DNA of 64,000 nt, from contig JBDLRP010000021.1 in assembly GCA_039799905.1 (NCBI GenBank), positions 128,001-192,000 on the forward strand, read 5' to 3'. The notes beneath the pieces were generated by a model that searched no databases, was not told the DNA's origin, and worked only from the letters and a program-made list of their open reading frames with translations. The position numbers and the translations under genes are program-made. This document shows positions 47,601 through 56,961 of this stretch, one piece after another. Position 1 is the first letter of the stretch, and every line of letters begins with the position of its first letter. This DNA is from Pseudomonadota bacterium. GTDB lineage: Bacteria; Bdellovibrionota_B; Oligoflexia; Silvanigrellales; Silvanigrellaceae.

Positions 47601-47711
47601 GTCGACCGTATGATTCTCGACGTTACCAACAGCAGCCTGCCGGAGAAGGACAAGCTCGTTGCTATTCTTCGCGGGGCCGGAGCAAAACAACTTGCATCGA
47701 GTCGCATCTGA
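44646..47711 (+). CDS. Large NAD-specific glutamate dehydrogenase (~115-kDa class)
   Basis: RDIARGGVR, KNKDIPEGGSK, YLGPDEN, GINHKTYGVTS, TGGPDGDVAGN, EGAN, DSSANKTGV. Confidence 0.92.
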   Translation: MATAATPSKAWLSEVELLDTTLEKPDLSTSALAKSVTDAASANGVQSAIQQDLMTTLRAGLDTAVPWFLSQMPPLYQWITPREERLEHLTEIVSGKVLSHGQEVERWNSQTQSSTIIAGGDNGNAALTLAPRLGRVQAKFVSYFLSLDKRVAVCSTVQSAYKMGANWSSADKQQEKTSILQMLSLKPSAEVENYLNSIDADLLDRTTAKMLAIGFSAVKYCQENENAYVNLTTLDEPNDVSFRVDIGLKGFPLTAGLENVVGILNRYNFNVRRSLGFEVKYADGQQFAILQLVAAANSGEKVNPNATPWGRVLKALKALNYVDHGDEFSSLMQGSNPRSLNESNLIRAIANWSHIFLTKVNPYYYALDRVSKIIVRNDAYMEQCIRYFRARFDPRFDGDRKNRAAETSRIIEGMLVDVQDDVERNILREGFNFIQNILKTNYFLVSKGGLSFRVDPKCLNKEFYPDAPYGIFYMIGRDFRGFQVRYRDIARGGVRVVMPRNAADYDNALAGVFDEVNGLASAQQMKNKDIPEGGSKAVLVVRPGGNRHLAVKAAVSGLLDLITLDAKTGKLADGIIDYFGQEEIIYLGPDENMTDDLIVWVIEHALYRGYKYAYAFMSSKPDFGINHKTYGVTSEGLNVYLDNVLHYLKLNSPQSTFRVKMTGGPDGDVAGNELKILHREYGERARVVAVGDGFGAAFDPNGLSWEELLRLVRENKSIVEFSKAKLSGDAKAFVISADSKENIKVRDNLYANVEAEIFIPAGGRPYTVKDSNWQRYLKADGSPSSLAIVEGANIFFTADARKKLVQSGVVVIKDSSANKTGVICSSYEIIACLTLSPEEFAAIKTTYVDQVVQILREKADKEAKLLFREWMLRASETNLVDLSYEVSAEINKAKDITRERLNRLSDAELSAERFNFILYQHCPQILVEKYRDRIVSRLPRAHKIAIMSAYMASHLIYKEGLSLLETLEPEQVYKLALEYIDAEQAVDRMILDVTNSSLPEKDKLVAILRGAGAKQLASSRI

Positions 47712-47713
47712 AA

Positions 47714-48790
47714 ATGATGCAAACCTCTGCTGACGTCCGTCGCCGTCTGTTTTTTTTGGCATCTGTGTTTGCCACGCTCTGGGTCCTGCTGCCGCTTCTC
47801 GAAGGCATTTTGCTGGGGGCGGCGCTGGCTTTCTTGAGCGAGCCAGTCAAAAGAAAATTGGACGCGGTCTTTCATTCCAGAGGCAACGTTCACCGTTCGG
47901 CTGTGATTTCGGTTGTGACGGTGGCTCTGATTTCGGTGGTCTTCCTGTTTCCATTCTTGGCCGTGGTGATTGGCGCACTGCAAAGGATTTCGGCAAGTCT
48001 GGGCCTGCTGGCATCGACAGATGCAACATCATTGCTCGACAATGTTTTGAACAAAGGCAGAGAGCTCATAAAACTGCTGCCATTTGATGTGGACCCGCAA
48101 CAAATCACATCGCTCCTTTCCGAAGGTGTTCAAAAGGCCATCACTTGGCTGGCACAAAACACCGGCCGCTGGCTTGCCGAACTCCCCTCGGCTGTTTTCA
48201 CTTCCACGCTTGCGGTGATCAGCTGGGGGTATTTTCTCGCTTTCGGGCGCAGACTGAGAATCTCAATTTTACGATTCATTTTCCCATGGCCCGATGAACG
48301 CGCACTGCTTCGTTTCACATTTTCGAACCTGATCCGCTCGCTCGTGATTGCGAACATCTTTGTGTCGCTCATTCAGGCTATCATTATCGGCGTCTTTCTC
48401 GGATTCACGGGAGTGCCCCACCTGCTGCTCTGGACGTCGGCGGCATTTTTTCTTTCCTTTATTCCTGTTATCGGCACTGCACCCATCACCTTGGGCAGCG
48501 CCCTGTGGTGCTGGACCGTGGCCGGACGGCAGGACCTGGCGATTGCCATGCTGGTTTGCGCCTTAATCGCAGGAACATCCGACAATTTCATACGGCCGCT
48601 GGTTGCGCGTGGTGCCGGTGATCTCAATCCATTCTGGCTGTTTTTGGCCATGATGGGTGGCTTGGCGCAATTCGGCGCGGCAGGATTCATCCTTGGTCCG
48701 TTCGCCCTTGCAATGACGGTCGCTTCCGGAACTGCTCTGCGGATGGCTCTCAAAAGGAAAGAGAACAAAGGTCAGACATGCGAAACCTGA
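47714..48790 (+). CDS. AI-2E family transporter
   Basis: Multi-TM; SFIPVIGT, DNFIRP, GGLAQFGAAGFILGP. Confidence 0.9.
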   Translation: MMQTSADVRRRLFFLASVFATLWVLLPLLEGILLGAALAFLSEPVKRKLDAVFHSRGNVHRSAVISVVTVALISVVFLFPFLAVVIGALQRISASLGLLASTDATSLLDNVLNKGRELIKLLPFDVDPQQITSLLSEGVQKAITWLAQNTGRWLAELPSAVFTSTLAVISWGYFLAFGRRLRISILRFIFPWPDERALLRFTFSNLIRSLVIANIFVSLIQAIIIGVFLGFTGVPHLLLWTSAAFFLSFIPVIGTAPITLGSALWCWTVAGRQDLAIAMLVCALIAGTSDNFIRPLVARGAGDLNPFWLFLAMMGGLAQFGAAGFILGPFALAMTVASGTALRMALKRKENKGQTCET

Positions 48791-50535
48791 GAGAATTTAT
48801 TTCGGCACTGCGTGCCCGTGGAGAGGTCCAGGACATCGAGACACAGGTGGACCCCAACCTTGAACTCGCCGAAATTCACCGACGTGTCATTGAAAACAAT
48901 GGCAAGGTGCTGTTTTTCCGCAACGTGAAAGGCAGTCCGTTTCCGGTTGTGACGAATCTTTTTGGCAACGTTTCGCGCATTGAGCTGGCCTTCGGAAACC
49001 GTCCTGAGAAGTTTGTACAGCGCGCTGCTGATTTGGTTCACCACGCACTGCCGCCAAAATTGAGTACATTTTGGGGTGCGCGCGACCTCGCATTCGACGC
49101 ACTGAAAATCGGTTTGAAATCAAAACGCAAAGGGCCAGTGTTTGAAGTCGAAAGTCCGCTGATTGCCGGACGGGGTCTCGATGAACTGCCTGCACTTGTG
49201 CAGTGGCCCGAGGACGGCGGCCGTTTTGTGACCCTGCCGCTGGTCTACACCCAGCACCCGCAATCTGGTAAACACAACTTAGGTATGTACCGCATACATA
49301 TCTATGACGAAAAAACGACTGGTATGCACTGGCAGATTCACAAGGGCGGCGGGTTTCATTACGCAGCTGCTCAGGCACAGAATCAGAGTCTGCCGGTGAA
49401 TCTGTTGATTGGCGGACCACCCGCCCTCATGCTTTCTGCCATCGCGCCGCTGCCCGAGGACATCCCCGAATTGATGCTGTGCAGCCTGCTGCTCGGTGAG
49501 AAACTTCCGATGAGCAAGCGCGACGATCTTCCTTATCCGGTCGTGAGCGAAGCCGAATTCGCAATTATCGGAGAAGTTCCGCCGCACGAGCGCAGGCCGG
49601 AAGGTCCATTCGGCGATCACTATGGTTACTATTCACTCGCGCATCCTTACCCCGTGTTTAACGTGAAGAGAATGTTCCACAGAAAGGATGCTATTTACCC
49701 GGCAACCGTCGTCGGCAAGCCACGGCAGGAAGACTTCTACATTGGAGACTACCTGCAGAAGCTTCTTTCGCCGTTGTTTCCAATCGTCATGCCGAGCGTT
49801 ATTGAGCTTAAAACATATGGCGAAACGGGTTTTCATGCACTCGCCGCAGCGCGGGTCAAAGACCGTTACGAGAGAGAGGCAATCGCAAGCGGCTTGAGGA
49901 TTCTTGGTGAAGGTCAGCTCTCATTACAAAAATTCCTGATGCTGACCGATGGCCAGGTTGACCTCAACAATTTTCGCGAAACTCTGGTTTATTTTCTGGA
50001 AAGAACCAATTGGGAAAAAGATCTTTTTGTCATCAGCAATGTCAGTCAGGACACGCTTGACTACAGCGGCCCCAAGGTCAACGAAGGAAGCAAGGGGATC
50101 TGGCTTGCACTCGGCCAGCCGCGCCGCGAATTGAACGGACAGCCTCCGACTGCATTGCCGTCGGGAGTGCGTGACGCAAAGGTCTTTGTCAAAGGGTGTC
50201 TTGTGATCAGCGGTCCCGCTTACAAAGATTCACCCAATTTCATCAGTGAAATATGCAATCACCCGGGCTTTGCGCCCTACGAACTGATTTTGCTTGTGGA
50301 CGACGTTGCAGAGGCGACCGAGAACGAAGAAAAGTTCCTCTGGAGCTGGTTCACGCGCTTTGAGCCCGCCGCCGACATCTACGCTGCAAAAATGTCGCAC
50401 CGCCGCTTCCACACATCGCTCGCCGCGCCAGTGTTTTTTGATAGCCGAATGAAGCCTTGGTACCCTGCAACCGTCGAACCTCATCCGGAAACTGTCAAAT
50501 TGGTTGACCGCCGTTGGAGCGAATACTTCCGATAG
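48778..50535 (+). CDS. UbiD-family decarboxylase (long form, menaquinone/futalosine-type candidate)
   Basis: NLGMYR, MHWQIHKGG, EGPFGDHYGYYS, TVVGKPRQED, DTLDY. Confidence 0.92.
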   Translation: MRNLREFISALRARGEVQDIETQVDPNLELAEIHRRVIENNGKVLFFRNVKGSPFPVVTNLFGNVSRIELAFGNRPEKFVQRAADLVHHALPPKLSTFWGARDLAFDALKIGLKSKRKGPVFEVESPLIAGRGLDELPALVQWPEDGGRFVTLPLVYTQHPQSGKHNLGMYRIHIYDEKTTGMHWQIHKGGGFHYAAAQAQNQSLPVNLLIGGPPALMLSAIAPLPEDIPELMLCSLLLGEKLPMSKRDDLPYPVVSEAEFAIIGEVPPHERRPEGPFGDHYGYYSLAHPYPVFNVKRMFHRKDAIYPATVVGKPRQEDFYIGDYLQKLLSPLFPIVMPSVIELKTYGETGFHALAAARVKDRYEREAIASGLRILGEGQLSLQKFLMLTDGQVDLNNFRETLVYFLERTNWEKDLFVISNVSQDTLDYSGPKVNEGSKGIWLALGQPRRELNGQPPTALPSGVRDAKVFVKGCLVISGPAYKDSPNFISEICNHPGFAPYELILLVDDVAEATENEEKFLWSWFTRFEPAADIYAAKMSHRRFHTSLAAPVFFDSRMKPWYPATVEPHPETVKLVDRRWSEYFR

Positions 50536-50632
50536 ATTGTGAACCAGCCTGTCGCACTTCTGACCCACTGCAGAATTTGAACTCAACCGCTCTCTCCCCG
50601 TCTGTCATCCTCGGACGGGGGGCGTCGCACTC

Positions 50633-51073
50633 ATGAACCCGCATTCGCTCGAGACCGAATATGAGTCTTTTAGTGCCTCAATGCAGGCACGGGCGAATGG
50701 ATTGACGGCTCAATGGCCGTCTTTTCAAGGATTCTGGGAGCGCTGGTGCAAGGAACACCGGATCATGGCTCACACCTTGTCTGCACGAGACGTGATCTCG
50801 CAAGTGGCACAGGGAAGTGAACCGGTGTGGAAGGATTTCTTGCAAAGACGTCAGCGGATGGTGTCTGCATTGGGTCAGGGACTCAAGCAAAGTGACACAC
50901 ATTCAACTCCATCGCGTGAAGAGCTGGCGGCTTTTCTACGCGAGCACGATTTGGGATTCATGGCGCTGCTGCAAAAGGAATTGGAGCGCGTCAAAGAGCA
51001 AATGACTCATGCGTTTACGGTGCGGAAAACGGTAAATGCATACGCACAAACGGCTCAGTACCGGAGGGAGTAG
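50633..51073 (+). CDS. Hypothetical helical protein, FliT-like
   Basis: All-helical; RQRMV..L pattern and a C-terminal RKTVNAY reminiscent of FliT. Confidence 0.45.
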   Translation: MNPHSLETEYESFSASMQARANGLTAQWPSFQGFWERWCKEHRIMAHTLSARDVISQVAQGSEPVWKDFLQRRQRMVSALGQGLKQSDTHSTPSREELAAFLREHDLGFMALLQKELERVKEQMTHAFTVRKTVNAYAQTAQYRRE

Positions 51074-51075
51074 GG

Positions 51076-53262
51076 ATGCTGAAGGTAGACAAGAAAAATC
51101 AGGCTGGACAGAAGGCTGCGAAATCGGGTCCGGTCTCGGAGAAAAAAGACACCGCACCGGCATCCGACAAAGGCAACTCCAAACCGGTTTGCAAGCCGGC
51201 AAAACTCGACACACTCAAGTCAGCTCCTTCAAGCGACAAGCTGATTGACATTATCGAACGCATGAAGAGTGCTCCGGATCAGAACTCGCCGGCAAAACAA
51301 AATGCTTCGCTGATCTCGCACATGGGCCGAAAAGTTGCCTTCATCGCGCCAATGCTGCCGCACCATTGTGAACTTGAAATCTGGAACGCTGTTGTCCGCA
51401 AGACGGGAATCACCGGTGTGATTCTGACTGCCGACCAAGAGGAACGTTCGTTTCAGACGTTCGTTGAAACCTGCAATCTGGCGAACATTCCGGTCGCCCT
51501 GACCTGCAAGACCCTCGAGACCACACTGGAAAACAAGTCCTTCCTCGGCGGACTGGAAAATGAAATACGCGATGCCGAACTCGTCGTTGCAGTGGGAGAG
51601 GCTTCGCTGTCCACCTATCAGGCGATGAAGGCACGCAGATCTTTGCAAAACAGACTGATCGTCTGGCAGAACGCCCCGCGTCCTCCAGCGACACTCGGTC
51701 TTTGGAAGGCAACACCATTTGCAGCGTTGCCACCGCAGATGACCCGCGAGAAAACGATTCGCCGCGAAGTTCTCAAGACCTGCGATGCGATTGTTTCATT
51801 GGATAAAGAAGGCGCCACATGGGCATACCTTGAAGAGGTCAATCCGCAGCGCATCCGCCGCATCAATCGCGGCGTCAATACCCAGATTTTCAACCTCGAA
51901 AAATGGGAAAGCAACAAGCGCGACATCCGCAAGGCGCTTGGACTGGCGGCAAACGACTACGTCTTTCTGCAAAGCGGTCCGTTGGAAATTGACTCGGGTG
52001 CTTTGGATACCGTTTATGCATTCAAGAGCCTCCTCCAGAGCCACGCAAAATTTGTCGGCAAAGTGAAGTTGCTGTTCTGCAGCACGGGTGTATCCAGTGC
52101 CGATGTCCGTCAGGCGGTCGTCGACCTTCAACTCGAAGACCATGTTTTCTTTTTGAATCCGAGTGAATCCGGAAACAAACTGCTGGTCGCCAACCAACTC
52201 TCGCCGCTGATTGCAGCCTGCGATGCGCTGATTCACAGCCCGCTCGCGCCGGTCAACGGCAGCCCGAACCGTTACCTCGATACGACGTACGACATTCTCT
52301 GCGGCATGGCCTGTGGTGTGACAATCGTGTCCAACGGCTTCGGCTGGGCCGGTGAATTTGCGGGACGCTTCTACAAGACTTTTGCCGGTGGAAATATCCA
52401 CAGCCTCGGCCGCATGATGTTTGAGTCCATCGACAAGCGCGAGAAGCTTACAAACGTGAGGCGCGCAGCGTTTAAAGCCGTTGAAAATGAGCTCAATTTT
52501 GAACAGTCGGCAGAGGATTTGGGCAAGATAATCGTAAACATCTTGTCGGGACCTCAGGTGCAGGACCTCGACTCCGTCGATGCGTGCTTTGAACAAATAG
52601 AAAAGACCATCCAAGGCAAGCAGTATCTCGATGCGATTCACCTGATCAACAAGGCGTTCAACATGAACGACCTGACAACATCGCAGCGTGCCAATCTGTT
52701 CCGGCACATTGGTGACTGCTTCACCAAGTTGGGTGATCTTGAAAACGGTCAGGCAAACTACACAAGAGCTCTTGAGCTTGACCCCTACTGTGGAAAGTCG
52801 CTGATAGGCCTTGGTACCGTTGCATTGCAGCAACAAAACTACAACGTCGCTGTTCCTCAGTTCCAAAAAGCTGTCGGATTGTCGCCGCGTGACGATATGG
52901 CAAGCCTTGGTCTGGGACTTGCCTTCGAGGGCCTCGCGGAACTCGAAGAGGCGCGCCGCTGGACAGCACGTGCGTGCAAACTCAACATTGAAAACACGGT
53001 TGCAATCTTCAATCTCGTGAAGCTCGCTTACGACACTGAGGTATTTGAAGAAGCCGAAGAGGTTGTTTCGCGCTACGTCGGCCTGCATCCACATGACATC
53101 AACATGGTCTTTACTCTTGGCGGCATAGCTTTCCGCGCAGGAAAGCTCGAAGAGGCAACCAAGTTGATGGAAAACATTCTGCTGCTTGACCCGATGAACA
53201 GCCGCGCACACAGCCTGATGGCACAGATCCAAAAACGCAGTGAATCAAGACGTCAGGCTTAA
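51076..53262 (+). CDS. GT-B (GT4-like) glycosyltransferase domain fused to C-terminal TPR repeats
   Basis: GVNTQIF..RKALGL..LEDHVFFL..ACDALI..GMACGVTIVS followed by multiple TPRs. Confidence 0.75.
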   Translation: MLKVDKKNQAGQKAAKSGPVSEKKDTAPASDKGNSKPVCKPAKLDTLKSAPSSDKLIDIIERMKSAPDQNSPAKQNASLISHMGRKVAFIAPMLPHHCELEIWNAVVRKTGITGVILTADQEERSFQTFVETCNLANIPVALTCKTLETTLENKSFLGGLENEIRDAELVVAVGEASLSTYQAMKARRSLQNRLIVWQNAPRPPATLGLWKATPFAALPPQMTREKTIRREVLKTCDAIVSLDKEGATWAYLEEVNPQRIRRINRGVNTQIFNLEKWESNKRDIRKALGLAANDYVFLQSGPLEIDSGALDTVYAFKSLLQSHAKFVGKVKLLFCSTGVSSADVRQAVVDLQLEDHVFFLNPSESGNKLLVANQLSPLIAACDALIHSPLAPVNGSPNRYLDTTYDILCGMACGVTIVSNGFGWAGEFAGRFYKTFAGGNIHSLGRMMFESIDKREKLTNVRRAAFKAVENELNFEQSAEDLGKIIVNILSGPQVQDLDSVDACFEQIEKTIQGKQYLDAIHLINKAFNMNDLTTSQRANLFRHIGDCFTKLGDLENGQANYTRALELDPYCGKSLIGLGTVALQQQNYNVAVPQFQKAVGLSPRDDMASLGLGLAFEGLAELEEARRWTARACKLNIENTVAIFNLVKLAYDTEVFEEAEEVVSRYVGLHPHDINMVFTLGGIAFRAGKLEEATKLMENILLLDPMNSRAHSLMAQIQKRSESRRQA

Positions 53263-53291
53263 CCGCAATTTCGCACGGGGGAGGAACGACA

Positions 53292-53993
53292 ATGGCTGAT
53301 ATTCGCGTGAATGGCCGCCGACTGGCCATCCTTCAAAACGAAGAAAGCCTTCAGGCGCTCGTAGAAAAGCTCGACAACCTTGCGGGCCGCAGCAACAGCT
53401 GTCTGACCTCGCTGACAATCAACGGCAACGAAGTTGACCTCGACAATCTGGAGGCGGAAACGCTTTTCTCGTTCAGCGCCAGCGACGTGATTGATGCGCG
53501 CATCGAAAACACCGCCCAGCTTTCGTTCGAGAGTCTTCAAGTTGCTCAGGAGATGGCCGAGCTGCTGGTCTTTGACATTAAGGTTGCGACGCTGAAGCTC
53601 TGGGATTCGAATACCTTCGCGGAAAAAGAAATCGACACATTGCTCAAAGACTGCCACTCATTCCTGACTCTGGGCGGTCATCCGCTCGACCTGCTGCAAA
53701 GATCTCCGCTGGAACTCAGCGCGAGCGCGCAGGACTGCCTGCGCGAACTTGATCGCATTGCACAGTCAGTCGAGGACGCAACACTGCTTGCCGTCCATGC
53801 GCAGTTCAAAGACGCTTGTCATGTTCTCGTCGGGCGTGTGATGCCCTCGATTGAACGATGGCTCGGTCTGACAGCAATTTTTGCGAAAGAACTTGAAATC
53901 GACCGCATAGAAAAACCAAACCTCGGCGAACCCGCGGAAGTGCTGGCATTCCGGCAACCAACTGGACCAGTCCCGTTAAGCATAACGCGCTGA
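53292..53993 (+). CDS. Conserved-looking hypothetical protein
   Basis: GGAGG RBS; IRVNG..SLQALV..LTINGNEV ubiquitin-like N-terminal pattern plus a helical C-terminal part. Confidence 0.7.
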   Translation: MADIRVNGRRLAILQNEESLQALVEKLDNLAGRSNSCLTSLTINGNEVDLDNLEAETLFSFSASDVIDARIENTAQLSFESLQVAQEMAELLVFDIKVATLKLWDSNTFAEKEIDTLLKDCHSFLTLGGHPLDLLQRSPLELSASAQDCLRELDRIAQSVEDATLLAVHAQFKDACHVLVGRVMPSIERWLGLTAIFAKELEIDRIEKPNLGEPAEVLAFRQPTGPVPLSITR

Positions 53994-54019
53994 AATTATT
54001 TTTTATTTATATAACCATC

Positions 54020-54061
54020 AGAGCGACCGCCCCGCTTTTGACGGCGGTCCTCTTTTTTTTT
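54020..54061 (+). terminator. Intrinsic terminator
   Basis: GACCGCC/GGCGGTC stem with an outer AGAG/CTCT pair followed by a T run. Confidence 0.8.
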
Positions 54062-54104
54062 GCGGATCCGCCGATATTCCCTATGGCTACGCAGGGGTAT
54101 GCAC

Positions 54105-55226
54105 ATGCGCAAGGCTCTAAGACTGACCAAAAAGAACTCCACCCGGGGACTATTGCTGCTTGCGATGGTGACCTTACCCTGTCTTGGCAAAGGAGCAGAA
54201 CTCAAGCGCGAATACATTTCCGCTCCACTGCTCGGCTCGGGAGGAGCAGGTATAACAGAGGTCAAAGGACTAGAAGCACTTTTCTACAACCCTGCGAATC
54301 TCTCCCGAAGCCAAGGTCTCATCGACGACGTCATTCTCGTCAGTCCGCAAATCGAGGCCAGCGATAATGGATTGTCAATTTATAAAGACATCAAAGCGAA
54401 CAAGAATATGCTCGACATTGTTGGTAGCGTGCTGGGCCGACCCGTCAGACTCGGAATTCAAAACGCAACAGGAGCGAGTTTTCGACGCACGGCACTTGCA
54501 TTGATTGAGCGCGCAGACCTGCAGATCTCACTCAAGAACGATCCGTTTTCAGGAATTCCTGTCGCATCAGTTTCATCGGCGGTGCGGGTCGGCGCGGCTT
54601 ACGGAATCGGCCGCAGTTTCGCATCCAATAAATTTCATCTCGGCATCACGGGTCTTCTGATTCAAAAGGCCGAAGCCAACCTCAGCGTCTCGGCACTCGA
54701 TGCACAGTCGAAATTCAAGGATTCGGGCAGTAACAACCTGCTGAATGATGTCATGAAACGAGGTGTCGGGGTTGGTGCGCACGTGGGTGTCTTGTTCACA
54801 CCTCAAGGCAGTTCGTCTCCAGAATTTTCAATCGTGGCGCGCAACTTTGGCATGACTTACAATGTTGGCGGAAAGTCTGCGGACGAGCGCCCCAGTGCGG
54901 AACTTCAAACAATTGACGTTGGATTTTCAGTTCAGCCGGGAACAAAAAACAGCCGTGCTCGTCTCTCGATGGACGTTTATGACGTGATGAACAAATCTGA
55001 ACAGAACGTTTTCAAAAGGCTTCACCTCGGGTCAGAAATCACATTTTCGAACGTTCTGGGTGTTCAGGGTGGTCTCAATCAGGGCTACACAACCTACGGC
55101 GTCTTTTTGAATTTTCGACTTCTCAGGCTCGATGCGGGGATCTTTTCCGAAGAACTCGGCAAGTACCCCGGTGACAGCAAAAGCCGCAGCTACTATGGAC
55201 GTCTGAGTGTGGGGTGGACAAAATGA
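54105..55226 (+). CDS. Outer-membrane beta-barrel, TraF_2/FadL-like
   Basis: Signal peptide; LGSGGAG..ALFYNPANL N-terminal motif; LHLGSE, GGLNQGY, EELG and a terminal beta-signal LSVGW. Confidence 0.7.
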   Translation: MRKALRLTKKNSTRGLLLLAMVTLPCLGKGAELKREYISAPLLGSGGAGITEVKGLEALFYNPANLSRSQGLIDDVILVSPQIEASDNGLSIYKDIKANKNMLDIVGSVLGRPVRLGIQNATGASFRRTALALIERADLQISLKNDPFSGIPVASVSSAVRVGAAYGIGRSFASNKFHLGITGLLIQKAEANLSVSALDAQSKFKDSGSNNLLNDVMKRGVGVGAHVGVLFTPQGSSSPEFSIVARNFGMTYNVGGKSADERPSAELQTIDVGFSVQPGTKNSRARLSMDVYDVMNKSEQNVFKRLHLGSEITFSNVLGVQGGLNQGYTTYGVFLNFRLLRLDAGIFSEELGKYPGDSKSRSYYGRLSVGWTK

Positions 55227-55996
55227 AGACACCTGATAACCACAATCGCAATACATTCCAAACAAAACGGAAGCGTTCCGACATCAAGTTGAGGCAACTA
55301 TCCTCAGCATTTGTCCTGACTCTGTCTGTATTGTGCATGACTGGTGGCATTGCAGCCTGCGGGAATGGAAACATCTTTTCAAATGCCGTCAAACGCTCGG
55401 ACTCCGACAAAGCAAAGGCAGCCCTGGAGTCTGGTGATCTTGATACTGCCATCAGCACACTTGAGTCGTACCTAAAAAACAATCCGAACGACGCTGCAGC
55501 CCGCTCAATGCTCGCAAATGCTTACCTTAAAAAGTCGGGCGTGGACCTACTCAAAATTGGAACTTCCATCAGCGGCGGCAGTCAGAACCAGTCCAGCTGG
55601 AGCACCATCAGCGGAGCTCTCCCTGCAGGAACCGACGAAAACATTGCAAATGTTCAGGCGGCCGTGCAGGCACTCAGCAACATACCCGCAGACCAACGGA
55701 CTGACGAGCAGAACTATCAGCTCGCAATTGCACAGACGACACTTGCAGTGACGGTAGCAAAAAAAGCCGCAGGCGATACGGGCGGGCAGCTCACAACTGA
55801 AAAAATCGATCAAATGAGTGACTCCGACGCGCTTACGATTTACAACGCCCTGAAGGGAAGCGCGGACGCCACAAACTCCATGTCAAACCCCGACTCAGGA
55901 CTCAGCCAGGTGGGTTCCATCACAAGCGGAATCGACAACCAGTCGGGCGCGACAGAAGCCGAACGTTTGCGCAATTATTTGAAAACCCAGCGCTGA
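55223..55996 (+). CDS. TPR-containing lipoprotein
   Basis: ATGA overlap with the barrel gene; lipobox IAA-C; ALESGDLDTAISTLE..PNDAAARSMLANAYL; start uncertain. Confidence 0.75.
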   Translation: MKTPDNHNRNTFQTKRKRSDIKLRQLSSAFVLTLSVLCMTGGIAACGNGNIFSNAVKRSDSDKAKAALESGDLDTAISTLESYLKNNPNDAAARSMLANAYLKKSGVDLLKIGTSISGGSQNQSSWSTISGALPAGTDENIANVQAAVQALSNIPADQRTDEQNYQLAIAQTTLAVTVAKKAAGDTGGQLTTEKIDQMSDSDALTIYNALKGSADATNSMSNPDSGLSQVGSITSGIDNQSGATEAERLRNYLKTQR

Positions 55997-56003
55997 AGAC
56001 GGA

Positions 56004-56837
56004 ATGCAAATGAAAATCAGTTGCCTGCAAACCAATCCGGCGGCAGACGTCGCAAAAAATCTTGCTCAGATTGAATCGATGATCGCAAACCTCACGCAAG
56101 CCGAAGGAGCCGCCAATGTAGCCGTGCTGCCTGAGGTCTTTGCGGTCATGGGTGGCGACGACCTTCGCCTGCAAAGCGCGAATCATCTCGGAGAAGGCAC
56201 ATTCAAATTGTTATCCCAGTGGGCCAAGAAATGTTCCCACTACCTGGTTGCCGGCACCCACGCAGAGATTTCTGAACAAGAAAACCGTGTCTTCAACACT
56301 GCTACCGTTTTTTCGGCGCAGGGTGCATTGCTCGATGTGTACCGCAAGATTCATTTGTTCAATTTGAAGGATGCCAACGGGCAGCCACTCTACTGTGAAT
56401 CAGACGTCTTCGCGCAGGGCAAGGAAACAAGCACCTTCCGCATCCCGTCTGGAACCGACGAATGGCACTGCATGAATATCGTCTGCTATGATCTTCGCTT
56501 TCCTGAAATAGTACGACGAGAAATCAGCCGCTCGGGGGCCATCGACGTACTCTTTATCACCGCAGCATTCACCCACCAGACCGGAAAAGACCATTGGGAA
56601 GTTCTCTTGCGCGCGCGCGCCATTGAAAACCAATGTTTTGTTGTCGCCTGCAACCAGACGGGATTCCATACAGATGGTCGTAAACGCAACTGGGGCCATT
56701 CCATGGTTGTCGACCCATGGGGCACGATCGTTGCACAGCTGAATGAGGAGGTCGGTATTCTTGAAGCCGTCATCAGCAAAGAAGCTCTCCACGCGGCGCG
56801 CGGACGTCTTCCAGCGTTGAAGGATCGGTTTTTTTGA
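56004..56837 (+). CDS. Carbon-nitrogen hydrolase (Nit1/deaminated-glutathione amidase-like)
   Basis: LPE, YRKIHLF, VCYDLRFPE triad, HWEVLLRARAIENQ, GHSMVVDPWG. Confidence 0.93.
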   Translation: MQMKISCLQTNPAADVAKNLAQIESMIANLTQAEGAANVAVLPEVFAVMGGDDLRLQSANHLGEGTFKLLSQWAKKCSHYLVAGTHAEISEQENRVFNTATVFSAQGALLDVYRKIHLFNLKDANGQPLYCESDVFAQGKETSTFRIPSGTDEWHCMNIVCYDLRFPEIVRREISRSGAIDVLFITAAFTHQTGKDHWEVLLRARAIENQCFVVACNQTGFHTDGRKRNWGHSMVVDPWGTIVAQLNEEVGILEAVISKEALHAARGRLPALKDRFF

Positions 56838-56961
56838 TTTCGGGTAACTCTACGATTTTTTTTGGCTTAAATTTTCACTGTTTAAAACGCGATAACTTCT
56901 GACTGCAAAACTTTCCGGCCTGCCGCAACTGAAACATCCGATACCAAAACAACCTTCGAGG

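Noticed and set aside
51796..53232. 478-aa antisense ORF
   Set aside because: Lies entirely opposite the GT-TPR gene and has no motifs; a typical shadow ORF caused by codon bias
56868..56895. Sigma-28-like TAAA-N16-CGCGATAA upstream of the kinase/phosphatase gene
   Set aside because: Imperfect -10 element in an AT-rich tract; too weak to call without start-site data
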